The notes under the pieces are model-generated. The model did no database searches and was not told the origin of the DNA. It saw only the letters and a list, made by a program, of their open reading frames with translations. DNA of 64,000 nt, taken from positions 55,272-119,271 of the IMG/VR virus record IMGVR_UViG_3300028534_000014; one strand, 5' to 3'. Below are positions 58,696 to 64,000 of the stretch, piece after piece (position 1 is the first letter of the stretch; every line of letters starts with the position of its first letter). Both the position numbers and the translations under genes were made by a program. The DNA comes from a virus.

Positions 58696-58742
58696 TACTA
58701 GATACCATATGGTATCTAGTAAATATAATTTCTTTTTTTTTA
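58696..58742. terminator. Perfect 26-bp palindrome, CATATG core, plus T-tract
   Basis: TACTAGATACCATATGGTATCTAGTA, then TTTCTTTTTTTTT at ~58729-58741. Confidence 0.68.
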
Positions 58743-58746
58743 GTAA

Positions 58747-59697
58747 TTACTTACTTTCCACTCTGCCTTTATATATCTCATCTGGATTAACTTCATTTCC
58801 ATTCTTTTGAATAGGCACATCGCCCCTATTCCAGCCCATTCCATCTAATTGTTGTGCACTTTGTACTTCATTTAGATTAGCAGGTAATATAGCCTCATCA
58901 GGTGTAGATAAGAATATACTCATTTGATCAATAATAGTTTGTAGATATGCAGCAGTAGCAGCATTCTCTATAACCATGCACTCATGCTCAATAGAGTATC
59001 TTTTAAGCTCTTTAGCGCCTTTATTAAGTTTACCAGTTTGTTCACCATCCTTAAGAGGGAAGAAATTTACTGCAATAAAACCTTTCAATACATTAACACC
59101 AGGTTCATCTAGTTCTGCAAATCCCATAGCACCTGTATGCATTGTAGCTGGATAAATGTGTCCTTTTAACTTCGCTCTAATATCAGGAATAGTTCCTATT
59201 AAAGCATATTTAGTATCAGGGTCCATCATACCATATCTAATGATAAAGTTTAGGATATCGTGAATAGTTAACCCCTTAAGCTCTTGCCACTCTATAGTAA
59301 TAGTTGACTGCGCTCTCTCTACATTAGTTACTTCTGCTTGTTGCAGGTACTCTGGTCCCACTTTATGTTTATCTGTAGATACTGTTAAAGTTGTATCTAG
59401 ACCAGAGATACTATATACTTGGTTAGTATATAACTCTACCCAAATTTGTCTAAGTTTTTTAGCTATATTAGTAGGGAATAAATCAAATAGTGCTGGAGTT
59501 CTTAAAACTATAGGCACTACATCCCCTTGTGTATATGCCGCATTAGACGCCCAAGCATCAAATACCTCATCACCCTCAACAGCCGCTAACAAAGGCATAT
59601 AGCCCTGTTGCGCACCTACTCTAAGGTCTAATTTACCTCTATCAGCTCTTCCAAGTGGATTTAGTCTATCTTCTTGTTTCTGTGTTATAAATGCCAT
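58747..59697 (-). CDS. Tail tube protein (phiKZ gp030-like)
   Basis: W.SNAAY....V.PIVL..P, I.GLD.TL, V.RAQS.....W.EL.G..I, RYGM.DPDTK. Follows the sheath gene. Confidence 0.8.
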   Translation of the reverse strand: MAFITQKQEDRLNPLGRADRGKLDLRVGAQQGYMPLLAAVEGDEVFDAWASNAAYTQGDVVPIVLRTPALFDLFPTNIAKKLRQIWVELYTNQVYSISGLDTTLTVSTDKHKVGPEYLQQAEVTNVERAQSTITIEWQELKGLTIHDILNFIIRYGMMDPDTKYALIGTIPDIRAKLKGHIYPATMHTGAMGFAELDEPGVNVLKGFIAVNFFPLKDGEQTGKLNKGAKELKRYSIEHECMVIENAATAAYLQTIIDQMSIFLSTPDEAILPANLNEVQSAQQLDGMGWNRGDVPIQKNGNEVNPDEIYKGRVESK

Positions 59698-59706
59698 CTA
59701 TATTCC

Positions 59707-61818
59707 TTATCCATTAAATTCTTCTGAACGGAATAGAACTGTTCTACTCTCATTCACTGTTTTAGCAACATTAGCATATAGATCAATTTCACTATCCCAT
59801 TTAAAACCTAAGAGTTTATCTCTCTCTGTGATAATTACTTTTGGAATAGTTTTATATGCTGAACCATATTTACCGTCAAGGATATCAGACATGAACTTAG
59901 TTACAGTAATGATGAAATCGATATCATTTAGGTCAGTCGCTCCTGTAAATGCTCTCCATGCTTTATGATGCACTCTAGCAGTGCTACCTAGTACTAATGC
60001 AGTAGTAATTGAGTTCAATACACTAGTATCATCAGGATATACTGTTTGTTGTTGTGGATAGAAATACTCTAATTTATTCTCATTACGAACCCATACTAAT
60101 CCGCTATCATAAAGTACATCTAATACTTCATCAGAAAGTTTCGCAGGGTCGATATCAATTAGAGCCTCAACTTTATTTGCATCTTGACGACTGAATGCAT
60201 AAGTATCATTAATCTTACCATCTAATGCCCCTGCCCATTTTTGCATCTTGATTGCATAATCTAGAGTCAATGGTAATCTGTATCTCCACTCTTTAGTCTT
60301 ATCGATACCTGTTTGCATAAATACAGCAGCTCTAGCAGTTGGTGTATTATAGATAGGGGACTCTATATATAATCTAAGTGCTGTTTGTAATGCAGCTCCT
60401 TTAGAGATATATTCATCTACATCTAACTTTTTATTATCTTTATTAAAAGATGCTACAGATAGTGCTACAAAAGTATCTTTTCTTAGACCAATATATTTCG
60501 CTAGTGCTAATTTAGTATCCCATTTAAAACCACTGTCATATAGAGTAGTATCAGGATTAACAGCTACGTCTAATCTATCTGAGCCTCTATCCATGTAAAG
60601 ATCCATAGCATCTTTTACATTTCTTTCAAACTCATCTAGGTTGTCTATATCCCCGTCTTCGCCGTTCACTAGTCTTATAGGAGTCTTATCATTACCTGTG
60701 CCTATGGTAACGCCTTGCCCTTTTAGATCTTCAGTATCAGCGAATGATAAATTTAAAGGTCTAATATATTCATACTCTATACCGCCAAGTGTTTTGTTGG
60801 TGATGAAGTTTACGAGATATTTATACTCTTCACTTGCTTCATCTGTAGTTGTTCCAGCAGGTTGACTATAATCAGCCCATGATGGTACATTACCACCAAA
60901 TCCTTCTACCTCTGCTAAAGCCATCTCTTTTAAAATTGCAGCAACACTCACTTCATCGTGTACTACAGTTTCATCGAATGTATAACTTTGGTATGGTTTT
61001 CTAAAGTCAACTGTATTTCCATATTCCGCTGGGAAAACGTCTCTAATATCTTTAGTATATGGCTTCAATGCAAATTCAACATTCTTAGTACCAGCAATTG
61101 TACTAAATACATCGTCATTATAGTATACTTTAAGATTAAAGCCTAAAGCTTGTTGTTTTAACAACTCTTTATCGATATCATCACCGATTTTAGGAGTGAT
61201 AGCAATTCCATAGTTATTGTAATCAGACCCATGTGCTTCAGCATAAACGCTAAACATTGGCACTGCCTTACCAATAGTATTACCGCCAACCACTACATCG
61301 AATGCTGTAACAGCATTTACATCATCATTATACTTAGTAATGATAGCCGTTTCTACTATATTAATATCATCAGCATCTTCTTGATATAACGGTGCTCCCG
61401 TGATATCTCTTTTTACTTTAAATGTAACTGCATCTCTCTGATACGGTTTTGCTGTTTTACTAACAGACTTAAAAAGGTAGAATGTATTTCCTGCTCTTTT
61501 AGGAGCTCTCTCTTCAGGTGTACCAGCATTAACTCTTGGTACCATTCTGTTAACTATACAAGTACCACCGCCATTAGCTAATAATAACTTAATAAATGCT
61601 GTAGCATGATTAGCATATGGTGATTTAAGGTTTAATGCGTCTTGTCCGAATAGCTCCAATAATTCGCCACCAGTTACGTGTGTAGGCTCTAACGGTCCTT
61701 TAGGCGTATTAAGGAAAACTAATGGGGCATGTATTACATCACCCTTTGGTTCAGGGTAAATTCGTCTGATAGACTTATCCTGACCACCATTATGAGTTTG
61801 TCTAGGTGTCGCTCTCAT
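59707..61818 (-). CDS. Contractile tail sheath protein (phiKZ gp029-like)
   Basis: G.QDKS, HAP......PKGP, ..FG.D.L...SPY.NHAT, YDSGF...TK, LRLY.ES..Y.TPT.RA, YFP..QTVY.DDTSVLNS. Confidence 0.88.
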   Translation of the reverse strand: MRATPRQTHNGGQDKSIRRIYPEPKGDVIHAPLVFLNTPKGPLEPTHVTGGELLELFGQDALNLKSPYANHATAFIKLLLANGGGTCIVNRMVPRVNAGTPEERAPKRAGNTFYLFKSVSKTAKPYQRDAVTFKVKRDITGAPLYQEDADDINIVETAIITKYNDDVNAVTAFDVVVGGNTIGKAVPMFSVYAEAHGSDYNNYGIAITPKIGDDIDKELLKQQALGFNLKVYYNDDVFSTIAGTKNVEFALKPYTKDIRDVFPAEYGNTVDFRKPYQSYTFDETVVHDEVSVAAILKEMALAEVEGFGGNVPSWADYSQPAGTTTDEASEEYKYLVNFITNKTLGGIEYEYIRPLNLSFADTEDLKGQGVTIGTGNDKTPIRLVNGEDGDIDNLDEFERNVKDAMDLYMDRGSDRLDVAVNPDTTLYDSGFKWDTKLALAKYIGLRKDTFVALSVASFNKDNKKLDVDEYISKGAALQTALRLYIESPIYNTPTARAAVFMQTGIDKTKEWRYRLPLTLDYAIKMQKWAGALDGKINDTYAFSRQDANKVEALIDIDPAKLSDEVLDVLYDSGLVWVRNENKLEYFYPQQQTVYPDDTSVLNSITTALVLGSTARVHHKAWRAFTGATDLNDIDFIITVTKFMSDILDGKYGSAYKTIPKVIITERDKLLGFKWDSEIDLYANVAKTVNESRTVLFRSEEFNG

Positions 61819-61876
61819 TTTTGTCCTTTATATTTTGATTTAAAAATGAATATATTATTCATACAAACGAATATTA

Positions 61877-61910
61877 TATTTAGCTAGAGGTATATACCCC
61901 TAACTAAATA
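61877..61910 (-). terminator. Palindrome with two G-U pairs on the minus strand, over the minus-strand TAG
   Basis: Minus strand reads TATTTAGTTAGGGGTATATACCTCTAGCTAAATA. Confidence 0.62.
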
Positions 61911-63639
61911 TATAAGTATCTGTTGTATCTGCATTAAACTCAGCATCAATTGCTTTAATATCTTTAAAAAATATCACACTACCATCATTATCTCTATATA
62001 TAGACTGCACATTAAAGTTGTTTGGTAATGCTATTGAAAGTATCTCATTAGTCGAATGTTTATATAGCACTGCGCCACTACCATCCTTAGCTACTAATAA
62101 TACACTACCATTGATTAACGTTTCTGATACATAAGATGTATTTTTAAATATATCAGGCATAGGTTTCACATAATCTATCTCAGATGTGATTATATTAAAG
62201 ATAGTTATATTATCTAGGTCCCCAGTAATCAGTATCTTGCTACCGTAGATATAATTAAGATTAAAGTTACTAGAGGTAGTTGTTATAATATCCACTAAAT
62301 CTAACTGATTACCTGTTAATATATTTACCTTACTTAACTTAAGAGAATTATTTGCATCTTTATAGATATAATATAAATCTTCAGTATTATACGCATATAT
62401 GGCACTAATTATTTCTGGTATAGTTATACTATGCACTCTTTCAATAGAGTCTACATTATAATTATGTTTATAATATTCTACTTGATAATTATTATCCGTA
62501 TTCTTATACACTATCACAAATGATGTAGGAGTCACTGTATATACTCTAATATCAGATATAGGTTGAGTTAATAATTCAAAATTGGTTACAAATACATTAT
62601 AACCAGTACCGGTTCTTACTATACTATTTAACTTATTATCCTTTATATCAATATAAACTCCTTTCATAAGCTCTTCTGAGCAGATGGCACTAGGTCTATA
62701 TTGAACAGAGTCTGTTTGTATAATACTCCTACTATAAACATAATCTGGTTTATAAGAATATACCTCTCGTCCCGATAACGTCTTAAATGGAAAGTCTATA
62801 ATATATCTAGTAGTATCGTCATTAGCATCGCGCACTTTCAATATCAAGCGATAACTTCTATTGAATTTTAGATATCTGCTACCTATAATAAATGTATCAG
62901 TCATTGATAAAACGGTCTCTGATAAATACTCATCAACTAGTATGGCTTCATCAATGAGATAATCGCTTGTTGTTAATAATATAGGATAATCACTTGTCGG
63001 GTCTAAATTTGATAACGGCTTTACTAGCTCGACTGACACTGTTCTACCAGGTATAATGTTTATAGCAAAGTTCGACATGACTCCTATATTATTCATATGC
63101 GCTACCTCTAGTATCAGCTGCTCTCCAGCTATATACTCGGTTATCTCACTTCTTAAGATAGTTTTTGATGTAAGATTAGTAGTATCTACTGAATAGTAAA
63201 CTACCTCTCTTTTTGTGTTATATAAAATATATATGGTCTTGTAGAGGATGTTTCCTCTCTCTCTTATCCTGCTTGTCTCTATCTCTAATTGTCCATCAGT
63301 CTCCGAAAGCGTGTTAGACTTAATTCTAATAATAGGCATCTCTACACCGACATTAGGTGTATTATACACTTTAGTATTGAAATCCTCTATATTAGCCTCA
63401 ATAACTTCATGCTCATATAATGAGCCATCTTGCGTCTTAGAGACAGCATAAATGTAATACGGTTTATTATCTTCTACCGGATATCCAAATATAACAGAGA
63501 CTTTTTGTGTAGAGTCATCTACATATTTATCTAAGGCTTTCGATAGATCTGATGTATCCGAAGTTTCAAATAGATACCAACTTGTAGAGACTATCTCTTG
63601 TTCTACATTTTCTGATATAGGTAATATTACTTTTAACAT
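61900..63639 (-). CDS. Putative virion structural protein (Ig/Fn3-like N-terminus, beta-propeller-like C-terminus)
   Basis: N-terminal half resembles 1263..2171. Beta-rich C-terminal repeats. Confidence 0.55.
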   Translation of the reverse strand: MLKVILPISENVEQEIVSTSWYLFETSDTSDLSKALDKYVDDSTQKVSVIFGYPVEDNKPYYIYAVSKTQDGSLYEHEVIEANIEDFNTKVYNTPNVGVEMPIIRIKSNTLSETDGQLEIETSRIRERGNILYKTIYILYNTKREVVYYSVDTTNLTSKTILRSEITEYIAGEQLILEVAHMNNIGVMSNFAINIIPGRTVSVELVKPLSNLDPTSDYPILLTTSDYLIDEAILVDEYLSETVLSMTDTFIIGSRYLKFNRSYRLILKVRDANDDTTRYIIDFPFKTLSGREVYSYKPDYVYSRSIIQTDSVQYRPSAICSEELMKGVYIDIKDNKLNSIVRTGTGYNVFVTNFELLTQPISDIRVYTVTPTSFVIVYKNTDNNYQVEYYKHNYNVDSIERVHSITIPEIISAIYAYNTEDLYYIYKDANNSLKLSKVNILTGNQLDLVDIITTTSSNFNLNYIYGSKILITGDLDNITIFNIITSEIDYVKPMPDIFKNTSYVSETLINGSVLLVAKDGSGAVLYKHSTNEILSIALPNNFNVQSIYRDNDGSVIFFKDIKAIDAEFNADTTDTYIFS

Positions 63640-63640
63640 T

Positions 63641-64000
63641 TTAATTGCCTCCTAATTCTATAGGGAATGTATACGGGAACCCTACTTCCCCATCCGCGTC
63701 GAGATTTACTATACTCAATACAAAACTACTCATTATTGGCCGCCTATCATCGATACTAGCGCTAACTAATAATGTCACCTTAGTATATTTATTTAATACT
63801 CTAGCTGGTATCATAACAGTATCACTATTTGAAGTGGCTTTATATACCTCTATATATCTATCAGTTACTTGTACTCTAATATCTAAGTTAGTTATACGCC
63901 CGCTACTAGTTAATACTGTTATTACATTATCACTATCTGCGCTTAGGTATGTTCTATCAAGTGTGAGGTGTGTAGTTATAGTATCCTTGATTTGTATCAT
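63641..64000 (-). CDS. Putative structural protein, possibly 5'-truncated, ending in GFPYTFPIEL
   Basis: Frame is open to the window edge. C-terminal FPYTFP motif is seen in phage tail proteins. Confidence 0.5.
   Translation of the reverse strand: MIQIKDTITTHLTLDRTYLSADSDNVITVLTSSGRITNLDIRVQVTDRYIEVYKATSNSDTVMIPARVLNKYTKVTLLVSASIDDRRPIMSSFVLSIVNLDADGEVGFPYTFPIELGGN

Noticed and set aside
15164-61910. Palindromes as CRISPR repeats or transposon terminal inverted repeats
   Set aside because: They are single, dispersed, non-identical, without spacers or target-site duplications, and no cas or transposase gene is present.
934-63451. Many antisense or nested ORFs in the track (e.g. 2113..2592, 13522..14010, 38644..39288, 56326..56814)
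   Set aside because: They lie entirely opposite well-supported genes, lack RBSs and read as I/L/S-rich shadows of biased codon usage.
1-64000. Stop-codon recoding (TAG readthrough), suggested by frequent TAG stops
   Set aside because: Long conserved genes are intact in the standard code, and TAG falls at natural protein ends inside the hairpins.

Overview
A 64-kb, AT-rich, gene-dense segment of a phiKZ-like (Chimalliviridae-type) jumbo myophage genome, read in the standard genetic code. All family calls are by motif recognition; no database searches were run. Core genes: SF2 helicase (partial), split family-B DNA polymerase, portal, SbcC ATPase, baseplate spike, RuvC resolvase, one non-virion RNAP beta part, three virion RNAP subunits, a 2231-aa tape-measure/tail lysin, prohead protease, tail tube and tail sheath. 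Accessory genes: three paralogous RCC1-propeller tail fibres, a 7-gene lysis/membrane cassette, dimeric dUTPase, HNH nuclease, exported SLT, HU, a DarG-like macrodomain, NrdB and a DHH phosphoesterase. The dUTPase type, NrdB and AAGGA ribosome-binding sites hint at a Campylobacterota host (inference). The main non-coding signals are: (1) a family of stop-codon-overlapping palindromic hairpins, six with a CATATG core, whose mismatches are mostly G-U-compatible on the transcribed strand and which are often centred between convergent stop codons; (2) a repeated 17-nt motif ATATYATTWAGAYAGTC ahead of accessory genes, a candidate phage-RNAP promoter; (3) a hairpin that partly covers a Shine-Dalgarno. 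No tRNA, rRNA, CRISPR array, intron or intein was recognised, and chimallin/PhuZ are not in this window.
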